A stretch of DNA of 63,970 nt, counting the filler, from Choristocarpus tenellus KU-1152 (Eukaryota > Protista > Phaeophyceae): NCBI GenBank assembly GCA_964200185.2. It is 11 parts of 11 records of this genome, joined end to end, with 100 filler letters (N's around TTAATTAATTAA, not from the genome) between each part and the next. Parts side by side here need not be neighbours in the genome. Positions count along the whole stretch, not along the records: positions 52,052 to 61,316 come from CAXNAD020003829.1; positions 61,417 to 63,970 come from CAXNAD020026825.1; 9 more parts are not named here. One strand, 5' to 3'. Positions 53,212 to 63,970 of the stretch are shown here, in pieces. Numbering within the stretch: the first letter of the stretch is position 1; each line of letters starts with the position of its first letter. Position numbers and translations under genes: made by a program. The notes under the pieces are model-generated. The model did no database searches and was not told where the DNA came from. It was given only the letters and a program-made list of their open reading frames with translations.

Positions 53212-54562
53212 GGTATTCCACAACAAAATGTTGGTGTTATTCCCAACAAATAGAAGAGTAATTTGAAGCTCAAATTACCACAGCGAGGAGGTGGACTGTG
53301 ATTTCTTATGTGCCCTTGTTCAACATGAATAGGACCAAAGGACAATAGCAGTGGACCAATAAAGATGACTTGACACAACACATATACAAATTTTTGAGCA
53401 ACCAAAGGAAGGAAGCTGGTATTGCATCAACATTGCCACAAACTCGCAATTCCAGGAAATCTTCGTAGAATCGAATGCAAATAATCGTGTTGATAAGAAA
53501 TAGTCAATGCTACTCAGAAAGTACAGGCCCATGCAGAGGACACTGTATCCATTGCATTCCAACACATTCAAACCACAAACAACACCTACCATTGGCTCCA
53601 ACTTGATCGCAAAGTTGTGCCACCCTTCTGGGAAAACTTCCATCAGTGTACCTCAGATTACTAACGGCACCCTGCTTCAGGAACACATACAGAAATGCAA
53701 CTATCTCACCATCACATGTATCTCCTGTGGGGGTTTGGAATGAAACGTGCACAAGACAGAATTCCAACTAGACAGTTGAGGCAGTAGAACGTAATGCTTC
53801 CTCAACTGCAGTTCTCTGTGTTCAAGAAGTATATTCTATCATTAGTGAGCTAGAAAACAGAACCACAAGAACGGTAAAATGAACATGGAATGTCGCAAGG
53901 GCTTTCAATAAACTCAACAGTAACAAGCACTTCCCAAAAACACGTACTTGTATGGTGCTCATATTTGGGTAGCTCACTTTGGATACACTTCACACAGCCT
54001 CTTAAATATTGGATAACTATGACTCGGGATGCATGGCATCACAAGCATCCAGTCTAGCCTCTTCTTCCTGCCCAAAGCCTCAAAAACAGTCTCAGTTGAC
54101 AAGAATGGTCACACAAGTCCTGCACTGAGGCGTATGTTAAAATAATTAAGTTTCAGGATTTTAATCTACCCATGCATGTAACCTGATGGGACGCCTACTG
54201 AATGGATGCTTCTGTCACTAGGTGATCCATAGTCTGATGTGATGCAAAATTTCAATTCCATCACTCTCTCACAGACCTCATTGCACCAAGGTGTAATGAA
54301 ATACAGTTGTCCGTTTTTCCTCTACAACTACAAGAACGCCAGAACTTGCAGCAGACATGGCTAATTGTCATAATCGTCCTAAGGGCTCTTTCACCAAGTG
54401 GGCTGGATATAATACTCCTATCCACTACTACTACCTAATGGTAGAATTGTGCTGTAGCAACAGTGCATTTCCCCCCAAACTGCTGTCCCTCTTGTTGGCC
54501 ATGCAACTCATGAAGGAGTACTCTCACGCACCATGCAGCCTTTGCCTTGATACGTTTTTTCT

Positions 54563-57500
54563 CATCAAACATTCACCTCCTCGATTTCGGGATCACTTAG
54601 CCTCGAGTGCTGCATGCCGTTCACCAGTTTGACAGTTTGATGATTAGGCATGAAACCCTGCATCACCAAGATTGCATGGCAGTCAAAAGTTACGATGGAC
54701 AGGGCTTGGCAGTGACACTATACAAGGCATTGTTCCCTTCAGTCAAGATCAACTGAATTATTACATACCACTCAAATATTATACCCATGACATGAAATTC
54801 ATTCTCACCTTGTCTGTCATCAAATGCAACAGCTCCAGCGCAGAATCCTCTTGACCTTTCTTCCTGCAGGCTTCGATAGCCGAGTTGAAAGTCTCCTTAT
54901 CAATCTGGCGCAAAGGCAAGTTCAACAATCAAGAGAATAATAGTTCAAAACCAAAAAGCGAGATAGTCGATTTCGCAAGGAACTAAGCAAACAAACGTGG
55001 AACCTACATATACAAGGTATCATACTCTCCATGCACATACAAACAGGGTACCCAGTTCGGCACAACCTTGCCATAAAAAATCATACTCCAGTACACTAAA
55101 CTTCGTTTGCAACACAAAAAATCATACTCCAGGTGTGGATCTAACCTGGAGTAGAAACTTCAAAGGTGTAACCCCACTGCAAGTAATGGGCAAGGCAGCT
55201 CCCCTTGCCCAGAAATACAACATACTGTGCATCGATACTTGTTGCCATTTCATGAAAAGAGAAAAATTAGCTCCAAGTTATGTAAGGCTGCGTGCAAACT
55301 GTTGAATTTCACTCTTAAAATAGACTCAAGAAACGGACAGCAGCAATAGGCCCCTGCACACTACTAATTGCACAACTGAAAAAAGCTTCATAAGGAGGGT
55401 GAAATCAGCATCAACAGATGCCACTCCCTCACCTCCTTCCCAACACCCAATGCGGGCATTTCACTGACCACACTTTGTGCATGGTCCAAGCCTCCCCGCT
55501 TTGAGCAAGCTTCAAGTAGCTTATTAAAGTCTACAGTGGATGGCTGTAGTCAAAGAGACCCAATCAAAAGAGACCACATGGACGAGAGATCAGTACCAGC
55601 TGTTGCAAGACATGAGGCAGTGGATATCTGAAACTGTAGGCATACCCCTCCCCCTCTAGTTACACCTCTGTGAGTCAAAGTATTCTAGAGGGCAGAGTCG
55701 CATCCATTTGGGGGGAAAATCCAACGTTGCAATTTTGAAGTAATTTTGGCTATTGTGTTTCTTAGGAAGTGTCAATATCCTTGTTCCGGACACACCTTTT
55801 CATAACGTATACATTTTACCTACTCTGAAACACTTCCGAGTAAGGTAATGTCATTAAAAAAACCCGTGGGAAGCCAAGCTCCAAACGGACAAACAGGGCA
55901 AAACTCGTATCCTCTAAGATATACTTTCACTCTGTAGAAATTTGAAGCAATAACAGAAGATATATATATATATATTGTTGGAATAGTTCTACCTATAAAG
56001 CTTTGAAGAGATTGCACGCCTTACCATTGTAGACTTTAGGACACAAAAGTGACACTTCCCAGAAACCTACCCTGCCAGCCAGGGCTGGGTATGTTTTCTT
56101 GGCAGGTCACTAGAGTCAGCACACATCTATGAAGAGCACCAAGAAAACCCTAGCAATTGACTTTCCCCCAAAAGCAGAGTACTTGTGTGAAAGCAGAATA
56201 CTACTGTGGTTGAAAAAATCCTCTGTTCCACTTTGCAATAGACAAAAGATAGTGTTTCCTTAAAACAGATGTACTTACTACTGAAGCAGTCAGTCCCCAC
56301 AAGAACGAAGACCTGTTATTGCTGAACCTATGTGACACATACCATCAACAAGATCAACAAGAACTCATCGTAGCCAAAATAAACTTAACACATGCACCCA
56401 CCTTGAGACCCACAGCCCTTTTTCGATTAATGAGTGATATAGCAATAGCGGCATCCCCGCTGGATGCACATGCATCAAGTGCTTTGGCAAACGAGGAATT
56501 GTCTATGTCCACTCCAAGCTCTTCTATCCCTTGTAGTGTTTCCAATGCTGTGTCTACGCCTCCGGTGGAAGCGCAGGCTTCAAGTACACCACCGTAAACA
56601 CAGATGCCAGGCTTTCATTCAACAGAGATGAAAAGACAAGACCAGGAGACCCAAATATCAGAGTCTTACATGGAGTTTGAAATGCGGTGATTATACAACC
56701 ACACCTTTACCTCAACCCAGCAGACAAAACAGCCTCACAAGTGCAACAGGCAAATACAACAGGCAACTACATTCTGATCTGTCTGGGAAACTGATTTCGC
56801 TACTCCTCACATCCACACGAATAACAATTCTAAATCTCCAAATGAGAATCTTCTTTCTGATTAGTGCGGGGGGCCAAGAAACATTACACCCTTGAATTTC
56901 AAACATCAATCTCATTGACAGGTCTGACAAGGGGATATCATCGTGAACTTCAATCATCATATACATGCTTTTATCTGACTCACACACAAGACCATAGATG
57001 TGGGAGAGGGCACCCACAAACCATAAGGGAGAATATCATTGTGTGTAAACAGTACTGGTATTGTCCCTTCTAAATGAGGTCACTTGTGAAATAACAAGAC
57101 TGAGAAAAAAATAATCCACAAGAAAAAGTACTGTGAAAAACTTCACACAAATCATCGCTACAAATGATCGAGTCTCGTCATCACCTGAATCCCATGGTCC
57201 TTCATCTCTCTATAAAGTTCCAATACTTGCTGATGACCATCAACCATGGCACAAGTCACCACTGCCGACTTGTAAGAAATCGAATCTGGTCTTATTCCAG
57301 CTCGTCTTATACGGGCCATGATATCCATAGCTTGCTCTGAAGCCCCCACCTAAAAAAGATAGTTCGGACAAGAGGTCACTACATCACCACACCACAACGG
57401 ATGACCAAGCATTCCTCAGCCATTCTACCTATGGCATACCTACTTGCTGACAAACATGAACTGACCACCATAACCCCAATGTCCTTGCACTACACTATGC

Positions 57501-58728
57501 AGAGAGGAGAGGCCAACCTACCTCATGTTACCACACAACAAAAGTCCTAGGAGAACAGCATCACAAAAGCACACACACACACACACACACATACAATCAC
57601 ACCAGAGGATCGCACCTTCTCACAAGCACTCAATGCAATGTTGAAGCAAATGACGTTTGGTTCAAGGTCCATATCAGGCATTCCTTCCAGAACCTCCAAG
57701 GTCTTTTCCCATTCTCCAGCTTTAGCACAGGCTTGCATCGCTGTTGACACTGAGATCACATCAGGCTGAACAAACACACCAACAGCTAGTTAGGGACATA
57801 CTTATGGTTTGAGAGCGATTTCAAACACAAGCAACACTTTGTGGGTAAGAACCGCAAAAGAAAAGGTCTCCTGCCAATAGCAATCCCCATCCATATCATG
57901 TCATTGGACCCTTCACTACCATCATCCAAGTCATGCCGAGGTATAGAAACAGTCAAAGTAGGAGAGCACGAAGGGAAACTGTATTCAACCACCTCAAGGC
58001 GTTTTATACATGTCCCATCCCATCAGCACAAATGGCACAAGAGGTAGGTCCAGTTGTTGTCATGTCCAGTACCCTCTCTCCACATTCCAATCGTGTGTAT
58101 GTACCTTGACATGAACATTGGATCTCTACAATAACAGGTGCACCTACTACACCATAGTGCTATCGCCCCACTCGCCTTGAAACCATCTGAAGTCATTGTT
58201 TCAAGGACATCCAGGGCCTCTTCCCACCTCCCCGCACTCCCAAGCACCTCCAGTGCAGAGTTATAGCTAATCAGGTCGGCGCTGCTTGGCTTCCTCTGCC
58301 TCAATCTCTCTAGGACTTGCATCGCAGCATCCCACTCACCAACCTGCATTCAGAGTGGTGCCAAAGGGTAGTTGTTGTTCAGGAGGAATGCATCATGTTG
58401 ATGCAAGTTTTGCCTTTCACAGTACCAAGAGCCCCAATCTAGAAATGGACGTTTTAGTCAACCACAAGCATTCGAACCAACTGCACTACTGTAAAACAGA
58501 CGCTGAACCCAACAGGAAATAACGTCGGCCTCAGGTGTAGAGGTATCAATGATGCCTACTGGATTAGAACTCTCCATAGACCTTCAGATGACCTGTTGAG
58601 CTAGGCGTGTTTGATCATTACCCACGTGCAGGAGGAATAATGTCTCACCTTACCCAGAGCTCTCATGGCAATGTTGTTCATCAAAGTATGAGTTCCCCAT
58701 CTTGAAGTCCTAAGGTTCTCTTCAAGGC
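54563..58728 (-). CDS. Pentatricopeptide repeat protein, partial; exons 58728-58649, 58343-58176, 57765-57616, 57349-57185, 56611-56402, 55543-55433, 54904-54809, 54657-~54563
   Basis: Tandem ~35-aa PPR motifs (ISYNSALEVLGSAGRWEEALDVLETM, PDVISVSTAMQACAKAGEWEKTL, PNVICFNIALSACEK, TFNSAIEACRKKG); phase-0 junctions. Confidence 0.92.
55672..55932 (-). mobile_element. MITE family B within a PPR intron
   Basis: GAGTCAAAGTATTCTAGAGG ... CCTCTAAGATATACTTTCACTC, flanked by TGT on both sides. Confidence 0.88.
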
Positions 58729-59280
58729 CTGCACATCGAGAAAGCATACACAGTCAAAATTTGATGGAAGGGAAAACAATGGAAGTAGCAATTCAACTAA
58801 CACCACCAGGAAAAAGGTAGGTTCAGATGAAGCCACCGAGAGCAAATTTGACATTTGTACCACACTAAACCAAACACAAAACCCTAACCCTAGAAAAAGC
58901 TATGTATGAAGACAATAGAGCAGTTCTTAGAAGAAAAAAAAAACCCACCTATCAACTGCAACTGTACCCAACCAATGCCCTGCCTAAAAAGCTTCAGCAC
59001 ACCATAGAATAGTAGTCTACCCCGCCAAGAAAACCCCATAAATCAATGGAAATAAATCAAGCAGGGGTGTTAATATGCTTTTTTTATTGATGTGTAAAAG
59101 AGGATTCTGTGGGAGAAACATTGAGCTGTTGAACTATTGTTGAATAACGGGATAATTGATAGTAATGTTTTTGCCCAGGTGACTACGAAAATAGTCTGAG
59201 TTATTATAGTACAACAAGAAGAATCCTAGAAAAGGAATGTTGTAGCAAGTAACATAGCATGTAACATTGATCGAGTGACG

Positions 59281-59443
59281 TGTTACTAGAATGTGAATCG
59301 TAAGGTAATGACCCCCTTTGAGCTTTGAAGTTCACTCTCCTTCGTTACACCTTTCTTACTTCATGTACGACCTGCTCTGCATAATAAGGAATTAATCGAG
59401 TCATTTACATACACAAGTCTTGGGAACAACAATTTCTGTAACA
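59281..59443 (+). repeat. Candidate short 5' LTR
   Basis: Begins TGTTACTAGAA and ends TTCTGTAACA (TG...CA with terminal IR), just upstream of gag; no PBS recognised. Confidence 0.45.
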
Positions 59444-59519
59444 CGCTAGCTAGCATTACTTACTGAATTGTGCTAAGTTCTCAAGGCTAGCATTAAATCG
59501 ATTTGAGGGGGAGTCCCGA

Positions 59520-60690
59520 TGGAGGAGGCCGTCGGATAGAGAAGGCGTACTTCGAGAAGAGCGGAGTATGTAGACACGACACCTGCAACACCAGTTGAAG
59601 GTGGAGAGGTGGTCGAGTCTGAGGATGATGAAGACGGAGGGGCGGTTAGCAGAACCAACCACGCAACAGGGGGTACCAACTGGACGGAGATTAAGACGAC
59701 TGATTCTATTGTCATCAACATTCAAGGTCTACTGTGGCGATGATGATGGTGATGGATTTGCCATGATTGAGCGAACATTTCTTTCGTGTGCTGCCATCGG
59801 CGGCTGGAAGGATATGTTGTTATCTGATGATCACATCATCAGAGTCAGCAGCGATTCCTTCGACGATTCAAGATGGTCTGAACGTGAAATCGAAAAAGGA
59901 GGGTATGACGATGGCTGCTCTGGTGATGGCTTTGGATGGGTTCGCGGAACAAGTGGCGGAGCAACCACGACAGTCCTTCCGAAGCTTTCCAAGCTTTTAA
60001 GGAGCCACTTTGGGGGAAGTGGTATCACTGAAAGGGCTAACATGAGATTGAAGCTTAATTCGTTACATTTACCTGCTGGAGAGGATCCGTCCACAGTCAT
60101 CATGGAATTGGACAGCATTGTGAAGAAAATGCCATCCCTGGATGATGAACCGAGTGATGAGGAACAATCGAGTGCCATGCACAACTGCTTGACTGACGAA
60201 TATTTTTAATGAGATTCGACGGGTCACAGGATGCGGTCGGGCAGCGAGGATGGATTTACAACAACGAGTTTGCGAAACGTATCAACTTCGAATACGACAG
60301 CGTAACCGACTTAATCGACTTAACCGACGGATGGGAAATAATGGCGGTGCATTGATGGTTGGTGGTCCCCGTTTGAGAAATGGAACTGCTGGTTTTCAGA
60401 AGGATCAGCAGTCAAGACGTGTGGAGTGCTGGCAGTGTGGAGGAACACACTTTCAATCTTCTTGTTCCACCGTTGTTTCGTCCCGTTCTGGATCTTATAC
60501 AGGTTCTTGTTATGTCTGTGGAGTCAAAGGACACAAGGCTTACTGTTGTCCCAAACGCGCTGGTGATTTTGGAGAATCGGGTCAACGATAGTCTGGACAA
60601 ACTCCCTGAAGGAATAAGAAGAATGGTAAAGGGAAGAGGAGTGGCAATGCAAGCAACACTGGTGAAGCTGGTGACGGTGAACAGAAAGCA
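59520..60690 (+). pseudogene. Ty1/Copia gag remnant (UBN2-like region and two zinc knuckles)
   Basis: LRSHFGGSGITERANMRLKLNSLHL..EDPSTVIMELDSIV..NCLTDEY; CWQCGGTHFQSSC and CYVCGVKGHKAYC; frameshifts and stops. Confidence 0.85.
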
Positions 60691-60694
60691 AGTG

Positions 60695-61150
60695 GTATAC
60701 CAGTTGTGTTTCCTTCAAGTCAGCCTGAGTGAAAGCCTTCTTTCCATCACTGTGGAACAACACATAATTCATCTTTGCGGCTAGAGCAAGTAACATGCGA
60801 AGAGAAGCATGTGTGGGTGTTGGTGAAAATGACTAGAAGTAATCCTCCCCCTTCCTCTACCTGAATCCCTGGACAACCAACCTCGCCTTGTACCTTTCCA
60901 CTTCTCCATTAGCATCCACCTTCCTGGTAAACACCATCTTTGTCCCGAGTACCTTGTGACCATCAACTTCATCATCAGTGGCTCCTTTCCACAAAGGATA
61001 CTCCTCAGACTACATCGCTGCCCGTATGGTAGTTGGTTCAGGTGGAAGGAGTCTATCTTTCCCACCAAGCAAACCAAACAGTCTCCTCTCATACCAATGA
61101 GCACGCTCCGATGGTTCACCAGGTTCACATGGGAGATCGGATCCAGGTAT
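60695..61150 (-). pseudogene. Ty1/Copia reverse transcriptase N-terminal remnant, inverted relative to gag
   Basis: [71 protein letters not shown], matching RVT_2 motifs. Confidence 0.88.
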
Positions 61151-61316
61151 GGGGGATGTGGATCCATCTACGTTACAGCAGGGGAGTGGTAGAAGGTTGA
61201 TGCTGAGACTAGCAGACCATAATCGTGATCCCCCAAGTGAACCTGGCGAACCATCGGAGCGTGCTCATTGGTATGAGAGGAGACTGTTTGGTTTGCTTGG
61301 TGGGAAAGATAGACTC
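61049..61316. repeat. ~90-bp near-perfect inverted repeat at the contig end
   Basis: 61049-61139 GAGTCTATCTTTCCCACCAAGCAAACC...GGTTCAC is the reverse complement of ~61227-61316. Confidence 0.9.
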
Positions 61317-61416
61317 NNNNNNNNNNNNNNNNNNNNNNNNNNNNNNNNNNNNNNNNNNNNTTAATTAATTAANNNNNNNNNNNNNNNNNNNNNNNNNNNN
61401 NNNNNNNNNNNNNNNN
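61317..61416. other. Artificial contig linker
   Basis: Same 100-bp spacer. Confidence 0.98.
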
Positions 61417-61709
61417 TTTTTTTTTTTTTTTTTTTTTTTTTTTGTTTTTTTTGGTGGGTGGGGGGGGGGGGGGGGGGGGGGGGGGGGAGTTTTAGTACCT
61501 TGCCTGACATTTGCATATTGACAACCATTCCACTTTGACCTGATAGGTTGGACACACTGCATGCCAGTTCCACCCATTGAATACATCACTACACCCCAGC
61601 TCCCTTGACAAACTGCTTACAAATATCAATTGGTTGTTGTGATAGAGCAGTTTGTTGTGGTATTAATGTTGAACAATTATAATTATATGTAATGTGCTAA
61701 TATGTGCAG

Positions 61710-63660
61710 ATGCTGGAGAAGAAGCAAGCTAGTGAAGAGGAGAAGAACAAATACAGATTGAAGCTCAGCACTCTGCAGGAGAGGGTGGAGGCAATAGAGA
61801 GCATCACTAATGGGCAGAATGAACTTGATCAGCAGAAAGGGTGAGATTGTTGTGTATACCTGCCCATGTCAGACGTGCATACCTAGTGAGGGTAGTTACA
61901 TTTTTCGCTGTCGTTTTCAGGGATGTTAAGAAAAACTATAGATAAAAGTATTCAGGATGTTGGATGACCCTACCAATAAAGCTTTGGTTTCATGTGTGTA
62001 CTGTTGGATGACACGTTATGTATTTAGTCGATCAGTTAATAGTGTTAAAAAGAAAATCTCTACTTCTATTGACCTCTTTTTGGGAGGAGTGCCTTTTTTA
62101 TTGTGTGTCATGATTGTGATCTACCATAAGAATCTCTCTCCTTGGCATCCTCATATCATGATTACCAATACTTGTCATCTGCCCACAACCACTGCTCGCC
62201 TGTCCCTGTTCCCTCCATTTGATTCCCCAAGACCATTTTCTTACATGGTGAGGTGTACTATCAGTTACATTGTACAATATATTTCAAATATTATTCCACT
62301 TCAAAAGAATTACGTACTTGTCAGCAATGTTACTAATGTTAATAATGTTACTGAGCCCACACGCATTTTGTTTTTGTGTGTGTTGATAATGTGAAAACTC
62401 GGCAGCAAACTTGTCATTCTAGAGAAGGAGGCTAGAGCTATTGGTGCCAATGTCCCTCTTCCACCTGATCCAGATACCCTTGTGGCCCGTGGGGCAGCAG
62501 CTGTACGTGGTGGTGGGACAGGTGGGGTGGTAAGAGGTGGTCGTGGCAGGTAAGGGAAGGAAAGTTGGGGCGGGGTATAGTTTGGTCCATTAAAGTTCAT
62601 TGATTTAGTTAGACAATGAGACATAGATAGACATAGTTAGACAGATGTCTCTGTGTTTAGTTGCGACCTAGGCAAATCAATCTTTATCCTCTTTTACCAT
62701 GACTTAGATGGGTTAAAAAATATCATTATTGTTATTGTTACTATTATTACCAGTAGTAGTAGTGATGGTAGTTCATGTTTGTTGTATGGGGATGTCGTGT
62801 TTAATCCAGAATTTCCAGGTCTTCACTATGTGAATGTTTTTATTAGATCTTCCAATGCAACAAAATATGTTTTTTTTCGAGTAGATGAAATGGTATTGAG
62901 ATTGATAATATTGTGCTTTTAATATAACTATTTCTTGGTGATGGTTGGGGCACTTGGGAAGGAAGTTGTAAGTTTGTAAGGGGGATTGCTTCGTAGATGT
63001 TGGTATGATGGCTGCTTTTAATGTGAGTTATCTGATTGGTCTTTACAGTTTCAGAAAGGTTTAGTCCTGACAGGCAATGCTGAATATTGTCTAATACCAT
63101 GTGGCAGTAGGGAATATCAAGACAATTCTAGGCTAGATCATACAGTTATTGATTGATGTGCTGGAGCAAAAGTGTGTGTTTTTTGTGTTGGATGAGTACA
63201 CAACATATTGGGGTGCCAAAATTTGCAGTCAGAGCAACAACTCCCTTTTGGAGTGAACAACCAACTCCCCCCCATACTTTCTCCTAGATTGTCCCCATTT
63301 CAAGTATACTTTGTTGCTTGTGAAAAGTCTGATAAGTTATTCATTGGCTGACACAAGACACATCCAATACACACACCACAAAATTACACAAAAAGGGGAA
63401 ACTTCATCGAAGAAGCATTTTAACACAAAACACACAACAACACACAGGGGACGAGGCTCTACAGTGCGTGAGTTGGCATCATTTTCGCTTGATAATCGCC
63501 CCACGTGTATCAAGGTAGAAGGGCTTCCATCAACAGCAGGGGAGGCAGAGCTGAGAGCACATTGTGGCATTGTGGGGTCTGTGGAGGCGATTGCAATGCT
63601 TCCACTAGGGAGCAGTGGCAGGATAGGTGTTGCAGGAGTGGTAAAGTTTGGCGACAGAAG
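61710..63660 (+). CDS. RBM26/RBM27-like RNA-binding protein, internal exons 61710-61840, 62406-62549, 63448-63660
   Basis: Coiled coil, then an RGGRGRGRG box, then SFSLDNRPTCIKVEGLP..ELRAHCGIVGSVE..VVKFGDRR (second RRM typical of RBM26/27); phases consistent. Confidence 0.75.
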
Positions 63661-63970
63661 GTATGATGTAGGGTCTGGTTGATATTGGGGTGGCGTGCGT
63701 GGATACATGTTTCTCTCCATGATGCTGTTGGGGTTTCGAGCTAGAAAGATAATATTGTAGTGAGAAATGAGGGAGGTGAGGGACATCCTTTCTGTAAGGG
63801 CTGCTGTAGTGTGAGGGTCAGAAGACTTGTCAATATGCTGCTGATCTTGGATTGATTTTGATTGTGTAGATGATGCTGGTGACTAATTTGTGTATGTGTT
63901 TTCTCACTTACACTGTTCCCCAAAAAGGTCTTGGTAGGTTGGTTTCAATTTTTGAACTGAACATTACTGG

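Noticed and set aside
4507-61416. Regularly recurring TTAATTAATTAA as a biological repeat or CRISPR-like array
   Set aside because: Always centred in an exact 100-bp N spacer; it is an artificial six-frame-stop linker
32065-63660. Apparent cluster of RNA/translation genes (PTH2, RRM, eIF2D, PPR, RBM26-like) as a functional system
   Set aside because: They lie on four separate contigs joined by artificial linkers; only RRM and eIF2D are demonstrably linked, and all are common housekeeping classes
1-63970. Endogenous giant-virus (phaeovirus) genes, CRISPR arrays, rRNA or intact tRNA genes
   Set aside because: No long intronless viral-like ORFs, repeat-spacer arrays, rRNA motifs or complete cloverleaves were seen

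Overview
Eukaryotic nuclear DNA, not one continuous locus. It is 11 contigs joined by ten identical 100-bp artificial linkers (N44-TTAATTAATTAA-N44), so adjacency across linkers has no biological meaning. Several features point to a stramenopile, most likely a brown alga (inference): short exons with long introns, a CA-rich acceptor, an Ectocarpus-like RTE LINE, TTAGGG motifs and a bipartite plastid-targeting leader. Most ORFs in the supplied track are spurious. By manual splicing I reconstructed five host genes: a complete 4-exon plastid-targeted RRM protein (42545-46545, +), partial PTH2 (-), the 3' part of eIF2D (-), at least 8 exons of a PPR protein with a GC-AG intron (-), and an RBM26/27-like fragment (+). 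There are also a few unassigned exons. The rest is mostly decayed transposons: three DD39D-like mariner remnants, two IS630/Tc1-like remnants, two RTE LINE copies and two Copia remnants, one with an inverted RT and a terminal foldback. Two MITE families share related termini and together have 10 copies. I found no convincing novel multi-gene system; the most unusual items are the MITE pair, the rearranged Copia element and several foldback or repeat structures.
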